This document shows positions 39,079-47,103 of a stretch of DNA of 64,000 nucleotides, piece by piece. Position 1 is the first letter of the stretch. Every line of letters begins with the position of its first letter. Below the pieces are notes generated by a model. It saw only the letters and a list, made by a program, of their open reading frames with translations. It was not told the origin of the DNA and made no database searches. Both the position numbers and the translations under genes were made by a program. The stretch covers positions 1 to 64,000 of the forward strand of contig CAIYPP010000074.1 of the NCBI GenBank assembly GCA_903928115.1, given 5' to 3'. This stretch comes from an uncultured Planctomycetota bacterium (GTDB lineage: Bacteria > Planctomycetota > UBA1135 > GCA-002686595).

Positions 39079-39341
39079 GCTCCGCCGCAAGAAGTGAGCG
39101 GCGCGAGCCGCACATCGACGACGCGTCGCGCGCGCCCGAAGTGGTTGCGCGGGCGGTCGACGAGGCGGCCATGGAGGCGCGGAAGCGCGCGGCGAGCGCC
39201 CAGCTTCCGCTCGAGGGCGACAGCGACACGCTCGCGCTCCTTTCGGCCTGCGACGTGGACGACGAGCTCGATGCGGAGGCGTGCGAGGTGCTCGCACGGG
39301 TGCTCCGCTGGCTCGACCAAGTCGAACAGCGCGACGCCTAG
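39075..39341 (+). CDS. Small acidic hypothetical protein (88 aa)
   Basis: ATGA overlap with the upstream gene and high GC3. It has a highly acidic C-terminus (DVDDELDAEACEVLARVLRWLDQVEQRDA). Confidence 0.4.
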   Translation: MSSAARSERREPHIDDASRAPEVVARAVDEAAMEARKRAASAQLPLEGDSDTLALLSACDVDDELDAEACEVLARVLRWLDQVEQRDA

Positions 39342-39388
39342 CCGCGGTTCTGAGCGTCGAGCGCGCGCGGGCGGTACACTCGCGCGCC

Positions 39389-40375
39389 ATGCCCGCGACG
39401 CAGCGACCGCGACTGGCTCTCACTCTCGGCGATCCGGCCGGAATCGGCCCGGAGATCGCGCTCGCGGCCTTGGCCGATGCGCGCGTACGTGCGGCGATGG
39501 AGCTCGTGGTCCTCGGGCCCGGCTCGCTGCGGCCGCCGACGATTCCGCTTGCGCAGGCCGATGGGGAGCTCGGCTCGCAGCACGGCGTCGTGTGGATCGA
39601 CACCGGCGGGCCGGAGCGTTTCGAGCTCGGGAAGGTGCAGGCGAGCTGTGGCCGCGCGGCGCTCGACGCTCTGCGCGGCGGTGTCGCGCTCGCGCGCGCG
39701 AAGCGCGTTCATGCGCTCGTGACCGGACCGGTGTCGAAGGAAGCGCTGCATGCGGCCGGCGAGAAGGTCGAAGGACAGACGGAGCTGCTCGGTCGCTGGG
39801 ACGGCGCGACGCGCTTTCAGATGATGGCCGTCGCGGGCAAGCTGCGCGTGCTGCAGCTCTCGCGGCACTTGCCGCTGCGCGCCGCGCTCGACCTCGTGAC
39901 GACGGAGCGCGTGCTCGACCACCTGCTCTTGTTCGACGAGACGCTGCGCGTGTGGGGCTTCGCGCGACCGCACCTCGCGCTCGCAGGGCTCAATCCCCAC
40001 GCCGGCGAGCGCGGCGTGCTCGGCCGCGAGGATCTCGACGTCTTGGAGCCGGCCGTCGAGGCGGCGCGTGCGCGCGGAGTCGACGTCAGCGGGCCGCTGT
40101 CGCCCGACACCGTGTTTCTGCAGGCTTCGCAGGGCCGATACGACGGCGTGCTCGCGCTCTACCACGATCAAGCCTTCATTCCCGTGAAGCTGCATCTGCC
40201 GGAGCAAGGACTGACGGTGATCGCGGGTCTGAGCTTCCTGCGCGTGAGCCCTGCGCACGGGACCGCGTTCGACATCGCGGGCAAGGGCATCGCGTCGCCG
40301 CGCAACTTGATCGTCGCCTTGCTGCAGGCCGCTGCCTGGTCGAGCGGCTCTCCGATCGCGGTCGTCGAGCCGTAG
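39389..40375 (+). CDS. pdxA: 4-hydroxythreonine-4-phosphate dehydrogenase PdxA
   Basis: RLALTLGDPAGIGPEI is the PdxA N-terminal motif. GLNPHAGE and HDQAFIP are conserved metal and substrate motifs. Confidence 0.85.
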   Translation: MPATQRPRLALTLGDPAGIGPEIALAALADARVRAAMELVVLGPGSLRPPTIPLAQADGELGSQHGVVWIDTGGPERFELGKVQASCGRAALDALRGGVALARAKRVHALVTGPVSKEALHAAGEKVEGQTELLGRWDGATRFQMMAVAGKLRVLQLSRHLPLRAALDLVTTERVLDHLLLFDETLRVWGFARPHLALAGLNPHAGERGVLGREDLDVLEPAVEAARARGVDVSGPLSPDTVFLQASQGRYDGVLALYHDQAFIPVKLHLPEQGLTVIAGLSFLRVSPAHGTAFDIAGKGIASPRNLIVALLQAAAWSSGSPIAVVEP

Positions 40376-40555
40376 TTCTCTCGTCGTCGCTGCGCACTCT
40401 CCGTCGCGCGCACTACGAACGACGTGTGGCTGAAGCGTAGGACGCGGAGGGCTAGTCGAGCGTGTTCGCTGCGCGGTCGCGCGCGACGCCGACTTCCGCC
40501 GGATGCGGCGGTGCGTCCCGTGCGCCGACAACGACATGCCACGAGGAACACTGTC

Positions 40556-40804
40556 ATGACGACGATCACCGAGAAGAACATCAATGTCCGCGGGACGGTC
40601 GAGAGCGCGACCTTGGGCGAGCGCGTCGACGAGGTCACGTCGCGCGCGAAGGGCCTCTACCAGCGCAGCAAGGAACGCGCCGTCGAGCTCGAGGGTGAGT
40701 TCGAGGGCTACGTGAAGGAGCATCCGGTGCGCTCCGTCGCGATCGCCGCGGGCGTCGGCGTCGGCGTCGGGCTCCTGATCGGTTACTTCGCGGGCCGCCG
40801 CTAG
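40556..40804 (+). CDS. DUF883 family (ElaB/YqjD-like) membrane-anchored protein
   Basis: 82 aa. Coiled-coil N-terminus and a C-terminal TM anchor (HPVRSVAIAAGVGVGVGLLIGYFAGRR). Start reassigned to ATG 40556. Confidence 0.7.
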   Translation: MTTITEKNINVRGTVESATLGERVDEVTSRAKGLYQRSKERAVELEGEFEGYVKEHPVRSVAIAAGVGVGVGLLIGYFAGRR

Positions 40805-41266
40805 GTGGTGCCCGTGATCCAGCACGAGTCACCTCGAATGGAGGGTCGAGTCGGCGGCGAGCCGGGTGTGCGTGAGGGCGTGCACTCGCAGTCTCCGCCG
40901 GCGGAGGAGCCTCTGCTCGCCGAGCTTGGAGCCCTAGGGCTCGAGCTCGCGAGGTGGCTGCGGCTGCGCGCGGAGCGTACGCGGCTGGCGCTGCGTCGGC
41001 GAATGCTGCAGGTACTGTGGGCGTTGCCCTTGGTGGCCTTCGGTCTCACCGTCGCGGTGCTCGCCGGCGTGTACTTCGCGCGCGGCGTCTTGGGCGGTGC
41101 GCGCGCGGTGTTCGAGCGTGCGCCGTGGTTGGGGGAGCTCGCTGGCGGCACGCTGCTCTTGGTCGCGCTGCTCTCCGCGCTGCATCTATGGATGCGCGCG
41201 GCAGATGCGCGGGAGCTAGCACGCCTGCGCGCGGAGCATGAGGAGGATGGGGAGGCGAAGGCATGA
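40805..41266 (+). CDS. Hypothetical membrane protein (YqjE-like position)
   Basis: Two TM helices, and a GTG start immediately after the DUF883 stop. The order matches the E. coli yqjD-yqjE-yqjK arrangement. Confidence 0.45.
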   Translation: MVPVIQHESPRMEGRVGGEPGVREGVHSQSPPAEEPLLAELGALGLELARWLRLRAERTRLALRRRMLQVLWALPLVAFGLTVAVLAGVYFARGVLGGARAVFERAPWLGELAGGTLLLVALLSALHLWMRAADARELARLRAEHEEDGEAKA

Positions 41267-41541
41267 AGCTCGCGCGACCTCAGCCGGTCGTCCGGCGTCC
41301 CGAGGACTATGTCGAGGTGCTGGAGGCACGCACCCGGCGTCGCATCGGGGGTGGACTGCTCGCGCTGCATCGGCGCGGGGAGAAAAAGCTCGGCGCGGGG
41401 CCATGGAAGCTCGTGCTCGGCGGGCTCGCGGGGCTGGCGACCTTCGGATTGCTGCGCTGGCTGAGCCGACGCAGGGGCGGAACAGACGGAGCGGCTCCGG
41501 CGGGCTTCGCGGGCCTGTTTGCGCCTTGGTTCCTGCGCTGA
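41263..41541 (+). CDS. Hypothetical small membrane protein (YqjK-like position)
   Basis: 92 aa with a single TM, and ATGA overlap with the upstream gene. Confidence 0.4.
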   Translation: MKLARPQPVVRRPEDYVEVLEARTRRRIGGGLLALHRRGEKKLGAGPWKLVLGGLAGLATFGLLRWLSRRRGGTDGAAPAGFAGLFAPWFLR

Positions 41542-41591
41542 GGCGCGATCGGGGGGACGGCGGATTCGTCCCGCGCTCGGGGCGCCCAAAT

Positions 41592-41607
41592 CTTCCGTGC
41601 ACGGAAG
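41592..41607. promoter_or_regulatory. Perfect 16-bp palindrome CTTCCGTGCACGGAAG upstream of the B12-radical SAM gene
   Basis: It lies 82 bp upstream of the ATG at 41689. Both 8-bp arms are exactly complementary with no spacer. Confidence 0.4.
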
Positions 41608-41688
41608 GCTACACTGAGTGTGCTCGTCGAGCCGAACTCGAGGACCTCGGGCGGCTCGCGCTCTGCGCCGCACGCCCTCCGCGCCCCC

Positions 41689-43320
41689 ATGAAGAAGAAG
41701 ATCGTCCTCTACCAGCCCCAGCAGGTCGACACGACCATCGGCCCGCCGGTCTCGGGCGACATGCTGCCGCTGGAGATGCTCACGATCGCGGCCTTCCCCG
41801 ACAAGGACGGCTACGAGATCGTGATCGTCGACGCGAGCCTCTACGAGCCCGAAGACGCGCATCGCCGCCTGCTCGAAGCCTGCGAAGGCGCGTTCCTGTA
41901 CGCGACCACGGGCATCCTCGGCTTCATGGTGACCGACGGGTTCCGCGCATCGACCAAGGTCAAGGCGCGCTTCCCGAAGCTGCCGTCGATCATCGGCGGT
42001 TGGTTTGCCTCGGTGAGGCCCGAGCTGCAGCTCGCGACCGGGCTCTACGATGCGGTGGTGCTCGGCCAAGGCGAGCTCACGTTCCGTGACGTCGTGCGCG
42101 CGATCGACGCCGGCGAGTCGCTCGAGAACGTGCCCGGCCTCGCGCTGTGGCGCGACGGTCAGGTGGTGAAGACCGAGAAGCGCAACGTCGTCGGCTGGGA
42201 CCATGTCGACAACTGCGCGTGGCACCTCCTCGACATCGCGCCGTACCGCGACCGCCAGCTCCAGCAGGGCAGCCACAAGCACATCCTGCGCATGCCGACG
42301 CCGCCCGCGATCGGCGCGCGCCAGCCGTACTTCGGCATCACGTACTTCTCGAGCTACGGCTGCCCCGAGCCCTGCACGTTCTGCTGCTCGCCGATCGTGA
42401 CGGATCGTCGCTGGAAGGCGATGCCCGCGGCACGCATGCTCGACGACCTCCAAGCGCTGCAGGAACGCTGGGGCTTCGATACGGTGCGCTTCCACGACGC
42501 GAACTTCGGTGTGCTGCAGAAGCGCACGAAGGAATTCGCCGAGGGACTGATCGCGCGCAACATGAAGTTGCACTGGAACGCGTTCATCGAGACGCACTCG
42601 ATTCTCACGTACAAGCCGGAAGTGCTCGACGCCATTGCGGCTTCGGGGATGTACGTCGCCGAGATCGGCGCCGAGGCCGGCACGAACGAGATGATGAAGC
42701 GCATCGGCAAGCCGATCGTCGACGACGACAACATCGCTGCCGCCGTCGAGATGGACCGTCGCGGCATCTGCGCCTCGGTGACCTACATCATCGGCTACCC
42801 GGGCGAGGGCCAGGACTCGATGCTCGCGACCATCGATCAGTGCCGCCGCCTGCACGTCGCCGCACCGCTCGCGCGTCCGACCGTGTGGCCGTACCGTCCG
42901 ATCCCCGGCACCGCGATGTGGGACGAGGCGATCTCGCTCGGCTATCAGCCGCCGCAGAAGATCGAAGAGTGGGGCTCGATCGGCGAGTACCACCTCGAAG
43001 AGACTTGGCCCGGCAAGATCCCGCCGGAAGTGGCCGAGCGCCGCAAGCTCTACCAGCACTACGTGACGCTGAGCTATGGCCTCGCGCGCGGCAAGATCGG
43101 CTTCTGGGAGAAGCGCGCGGAGTCGCGCCTGCGCGAGAACAACTGGCGCTTCGGCGTGCTCGAGGCGCGTGCCTTCGACGTGTACAACCGCATCGAACGC
43201 AAGCTCTTCCCGCGGCCTGAGCTCTCGCGCTCGTGGGTCGACCCGGGCCACAAGACCGGCACCGCCGGCAACGCCGCTTCGCGCTCCTCGGACGCGATGA
43301 CGAAGACGACCGCGGGCTAG
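41689..43320 (+). CDS. B12-binding domain-containing radical SAM protein (class B radical SAM family)
   Basis: The N-terminal region is a B12-binding Rossmann-like domain. The radical SAM motif is YGCPEPCTFCCSP (Cx3Cx2C). 543 aa from MKKKIVLYQPQQ. Confidence 0.8.
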   Translation: MKKKIVLYQPQQVDTTIGPPVSGDMLPLEMLTIAAFPDKDGYEIVIVDASLYEPEDAHRRLLEACEGAFLYATTGILGFMVTDGFRASTKVKARFPKLPSIIGGWFASVRPELQLATGLYDAVVLGQGELTFRDVVRAIDAGESLENVPGLALWRDGQVVKTEKRNVVGWDHVDNCAWHLLDIAPYRDRQLQQGSHKHILRMPTPPAIGARQPYFGITYFSSYGCPEPCTFCCSPIVTDRRWKAMPAARMLDDLQALQERWGFDTVRFHDANFGVLQKRTKEFAEGLIARNMKLHWNAFIETHSILTYKPEVLDAIAASGMYVAEIGAEAGTNEMMKRIGKPIVDDDNIAAAVEMDRRGICASVTYIIGYPGEGQDSMLATIDQCRRLHVAAPLARPTVWPYRPIPGTAMWDEAISLGYQPPQKIEEWGSIGEYHLEETWPGKIPPEVAERRKLYQHYVTLSYGLARGKIGFWEKRAESRLRENNWRFGVLEARAFDVYNRIERKLFPRPELSRSWVDPGHKTGTAGNAASRSSDAMTKTTAG

Positions 43321-43761
43321 CGCAGCGACGCGGCCGGTGATGGCGCGGAAGCACGGGGCTATCCGCGTCGCGTCTCTCGCGTGGCCCTGCGTCGAGACGA
43401 GCGCGGCCGAAGCAGCGATCCTCAGGGCGGCGCTCGCGGGCTGCTCGCGTAGCGCGGCGTCCGCTCCGTCTGCGAGTGGCAGGTGGGTCTCGTCGACTTC
43501 GTGGGAGGCGTCGATGATCGAGCACAACGGGCGAGTGCGAGCAGCGCCATCGCCCACACGGGTTTGGCATGCGCAGCATGGGCCCGACGGGCACCTCGGG
43601 GCGTTGCCGTCTCGCTCCCAACCGAGATCTCGTGCGCGATTCGGGAGTGAGGCTCCGGCATTGTCCCCCAAGTTCCCAAGCCTCGATCGGCGGTGGCGCA
43701 CCGCGGGCAGGGCTGCGCTATTCTCCGCCTCCTCGGCCTTTCCATCAGGAGATTTCGAACG

Positions 43762-45798
43762 ATGTCTTTCGCCCTCGTCGCGGCCCTGTCCGCGCTGTTC
43801 GCCGCGCAGTCGGCTACTCCGGCAGCGGATGTTCTCACGGCCCATCGCGTGGCCGAGCTGCGTTCCGTCGTGTCTGCGGAAGTCTCGCCGGACGGGACTC
43901 AGATCGCGTACGTGCTCGCGGTCCCTCGCAAGCCGCTCGTCGATGAAGACGGCGGCGCGTGGACCGAGCTCCACGTGGTCGACGTCGCGAGCGGCGCGTC
44001 GCGCGCGTTCGTCTCGGGCAAGGTCAATGTGTCGGCGCCGGCATGGACGGCGGACGGCAAGCACCTCGCGTTTCTGCAGAAGCGCGCGGACGACAAAGGC
44101 ACTGCGCTCTACATGATCGCGCTCGGCGGCGGCGAGGCGCGTCGCGCCGAGGCGGCCGAGGAGTCGATCTCCGCGTTCGACTTGCACCCCGATGGGAAGC
44201 GCGTCGTGGTCATCGCGTCGGAGCCCGAGAGCGCCGAGCGCAAGAAGCTGCGCGAGAAGGGCTTCACGCAGGAGATCTACGAGGAGGATCTGCGCTCCTC
44301 GAAGCCGTGGATCGGCGCGCTGTTCGACGAGGCCAAGCCGACGAAGCTCGCCGTCGATGGCCATGTCTCGACCGCGCAGTGGAACCCGGCGGGCGACGCG
44401 CTCGCCGTCACGGTCGCGCCTTCGCCGCTCGTCGACGACGACTACATGCGCAAGCGCATCGCCGTTGTCAGCGCTGCGGATGGCAAGGTGCTCGCGAAGG
44501 TCGAAAACCCCGGCAAGCTCGGCGAGATCGCCTGGAGCCCCGATGGCGCGCGCCTCGCGATGATCTCCGCGGGAGACATCCACGATCCCACGGACGGGCG
44601 CCTCATGGTCGTACCGTCGACCGGCGGAGCACCGGTCGAAGTGTTCCCCGGGATCGAGGGCGACACCGCGACCTTCGCTTGGCAGAGCGCGGACTCGCTG
44701 CTCTGCCTGATGCACCGCGGCGTCGAAGCGTCTTTGGAGAAGGTCACCGTCACCGACATCTCGAAGGCAGAGCCGAAGGTGCTCGTGGCGACCGGCGGAC
44801 CGATCTTGACCACGATCTCGCTCTCCGACGATGGCTTGCGCGCGGCCTTCGTGGCCAACGCGCCGACGCATCCGCCGGAGGTCTTCACGATGGCGCACGG
44901 TGAGGCCGCGCCGCGTCGGCTGACGGACTCCAACCCGATGCTCGCGAAGGTGCGGCTCGCGCCGCAGGAAGTTGTGCGCTTCAAGGCGCGCGACGGACTC
45001 GAGCTCGAGGGCGTGCTCAACCGTCCGCTCGATGAGGTCAAGGGCCAGCGCTATCCGTTGATCCTGTACGTCCACGGCGGGCCGGAGTCGCACCACAGCA
45101 ACGGCTGGCTCACGAACTACGGCGACCCCGCGCAGACGGCGGCCGCGCGCGGCTTCGCGGTGATGCACACGAACTACCGCGGCTCGACGGGACGCGGCAT
45201 GGCGTTCGCGAAGTCGAGCCAAGGCGACGCCGCGGGCAAGGAATTCGACGACCTGATCGACGCGGTCGATCACTTGATCGCCACGGGTCTTGTCGACAAG
45301 GACAAGGTCGCGGTCACGGGCGGCTCCTACGGTGGCTACGCGACGGCGTGGCTCTCTACGCGCTACTCGGATCGAGTGGCGGCGGGCGTGATGTTCGTCG
45401 GCATCTCCGACAAGATCTCGAAGGTCGGCACCACCGACATCCCCGACGAGGAGTTCTATGTCCACGCACGGCATCGGCCTTGGGAGGACTGGACCAAGAT
45501 GCTCGAGCGCAGCCCGATCTTCTACGCGGGCCAGTGCAAGACCCCGCTGCTCATCCTGCACGGCAAGGACGACCCGCGCGTGAACCCCGGTCAGTCGCGC
45601 GAGATGTACCGACACTTGAAGCTGCGCAGTGCGTCGCCGGTGCGCCTCGTCTTGTACCCGGGCGAAGGCCACGGCAACCGCAAGGCGGCCGCGCGCCTCG
45701 ACTACAACCTGCGCATGCAGCAGTGGATCGAGCACTACACGACGGGCGCCAAGGGTGCGCCGCCGGCGATGGACCTCGACTACGCCGAGTCCAAGTGA
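43762..45798 (+). CDS. S9-family serine peptidase (prolyl oligopeptidase / acylaminoacyl-peptidase type) with N-terminal beta-propeller
   Basis: AGGAGA SD and a signal peptide. GGSYGGYA is the GxSxGG nucleophile motif. The catalytic Asp/His region DDPRV ... GEGHG lies at the C-terminus. Confidence 0.85.
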   Translation: MSFALVAALSALFAAQSATPAADVLTAHRVAELRSVVSAEVSPDGTQIAYVLAVPRKPLVDEDGGAWTELHVVDVASGASRAFVSGKVNVSAPAWTADGKHLAFLQKRADDKGTALYMIALGGGEARRAEAAEESISAFDLHPDGKRVVVIASEPESAERKKLREKGFTQEIYEEDLRSSKPWIGALFDEAKPTKLAVDGHVSTAQWNPAGDALAVTVAPSPLVDDDYMRKRIAVVSAADGKVLAKVENPGKLGEIAWSPDGARLAMISAGDIHDPTDGRLMVVPSTGGAPVEVFPGIEGDTATFAWQSADSLLCLMHRGVEASLEKVTVTDISKAEPKVLVATGGPILTTISLSDDGLRAAFVANAPTHPPEVFTMAHGEAAPRRLTDSNPMLAKVRLAPQEVVRFKARDGLELEGVLNRPLDEVKGQRYPLILYVHGGPESHHSNGWLTNYGDPAQTAAARGFAVMHTNYRGSTGRGMAFAKSSQGDAAGKEFDDLIDAVDHLIATGLVDKDKVAVTGGSYGGYATAWLSTRYSDRVAAGVMFVGISDKISKVGTTDIPDEEFYVHARHRPWEDWTKMLERSPIFYAGQCKTPLLILHGKDDPRVNPGQSREMYRHLKLRSASPVRLVLYPGEGHGNRKAAARLDYNLRMQQWIEHYTTGAKGAPPAMDLDYAESK

Positions 45799-45814
45799 GC
45801 GCAGCGCCGCGCGG

Positions 45815-46729
45815 ATGAGCAGCTCCACGGGCCAATCCGCGCCGTTTCCTCCGCGAGTCGCGCTCGTCGTGGCCGTCCTCACGGTCTCGACGAGCGCGAT
45901 CTTCATTCGGCTGGCGGACGCCCCGCCGCTCGTCGTCGCGGTGTATCGCTGCGTGATCGCGACGGCAGTTCTTGGCGCGATCGGCTGGCGCGAGTGTCGC
46001 CGAGAGTTGCCGCTCTTGACGCGTCGTGAGCGCTGGATCGCCGTCGGAACAGGACTCGCACTCGCAGTTCACTTCGCCGCGTGGATCTCGTCCCTCTCCT
46101 ACACGACCGTGGCGTCGAGTCTTGTGCTCGTCAACACGACTCCCCTGTGGGTCGCGCTGATGTCACCGTTCGTCGCCGCGGAACGCGTGAGGGGCGCGAC
46201 GTGGCTCGGGATCGTCGTCAGCGTGCTCGGCTGCGTCGTGATCGGCGTGGCCGACATGCAGAGCACCGGCGAGGGATTCGTCCTCACGGGGAGCGCGCTG
46301 TGGGGCGATCTTCTCGCGCTCCTCGGTGCTTGGTTGTGCGGTATCTACATGCTCGCGGGGCGTCGACTGCGCCGTTCGCTCAGCCTCTTGCCCTATGTCA
46401 CGGTTTGTTACGGGACCGCGGCACTTTTTCTCCTGTGCTTCGCGTTGCTGAACGGCGATTTGCTGCTGGGATACTCGTGGGAGACCTGCGGCTGGCTCTT
46501 CATGGTCGCGCTCGTTCCGCAGCTGATCGGACACTCGAGCTACAACTACGCCCTCAAGTACGTGAGCGCCGCGCTCACAGCGGTGGTGTCGCTCGGCGAG
46601 AGCGTCGGCGCAACGCTGATGGCATGGCTTTTCTTGCACGAGACACCGAGCGTGCTCGCACTGATCGGCGGGGGCGTTGTGATGTGCGGAGTCTTGCTCG
46701 CGCTGCGGAGCGAGCGCGCTTCCTCGTAG
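45815..46729 (+). CDS. DMT-superfamily (EamA-like) transporter
   Basis: About 10 TM helices across two EamA-like halves. 304 aa. Confidence 0.75.
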   Translation: MSSSTGQSAPFPPRVALVVAVLTVSTSAIFIRLADAPPLVVAVYRCVIATAVLGAIGWRECRRELPLLTRRERWIAVGTGLALAVHFAAWISSLSYTTVASSLVLVNTTPLWVALMSPFVAAERVRGATWLGIVVSVLGCVVIGVADMQSTGEGFVLTGSALWGDLLALLGAWLCGIYMLAGRRLRRSLSLLPYVTVCYGTAALFLLCFALLNGDLLLGYSWETCGWLFMVALVPQLIGHSSYNYALKYVSAALTAVVSLGESVGATLMAWLFLHETPSVLALIGGGVVMCGVLLALRSERASS

Positions 46730-46794
46730 TTCCTGCGTTGCGGGATCGGTGGCTCGAACTATCCTCAGGGCCCCTACGGAAGGGTCGCACTCCC

Positions 46795-47103
46795 ATGATC
46801 ACGCACGTTGTCTTGCTGAAGATTCGCTCCGACGTTCCGCCGAAGCAGATCGACTCGATCTTTGCCGCGCTCGCGGGCCTCAAGTCGAAGATCCCAGGAC
46901 TGCTGTCGTTCTCCGGCGGCCCGTACTCGTCGCCGGAGGGGCTGCACAAGGGATTCACGCACGGTTTCGTCATGACGTTCACCGATGCGAAGGCGCGCGA
47001 CATCTACCTGCCCCATCCCGACCACGAAGTGGTGAAGGCGATGGTGCTGCCGGTGCTGCAGGGTGGGCTCGACGGCGTGGTTGCCTTCGACTATGCGTCG
47101 TAG
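46795..47103 (+). CDS. Dabb-family stress-responsive alpha/beta-barrel protein
   Basis: 102 aa. MITHVVLLKIRSDV ... HKGFTHGFVMTF is typical of the stress-responsive A/B barrel domain. Confidence 0.7.
   Translation: MITHVVLLKIRSDVPPKQIDSIFAALAGLKSKIPGLLSFSGGPYSSPEGLHKGFTHGFVMTFTDAKARDIYLPHPDHEVVKAMVLPVLQGGLDGVVAFDYAS

Noticed and set aside
43337-44116. 259-aa plus ORF overlapping the S9 peptidase start region
   Set aside because: It is in a different frame from the peptidase, which has an SD, a signal peptide and catalytic motifs. Its translation is Ser/Arg/Ala-rich with no features.
40801-45906. 1701-aa minus-strand ORF, the longest in the track
   Set aside because: It is antisense to three plus-strand genes with clear family signatures (B12-rSAM, S9 peptidase, DMT transporter). 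Its translation is low-complexity and Arg/Ala/Gly-rich. This is the typical open antisense frame of a 70% GC genome.
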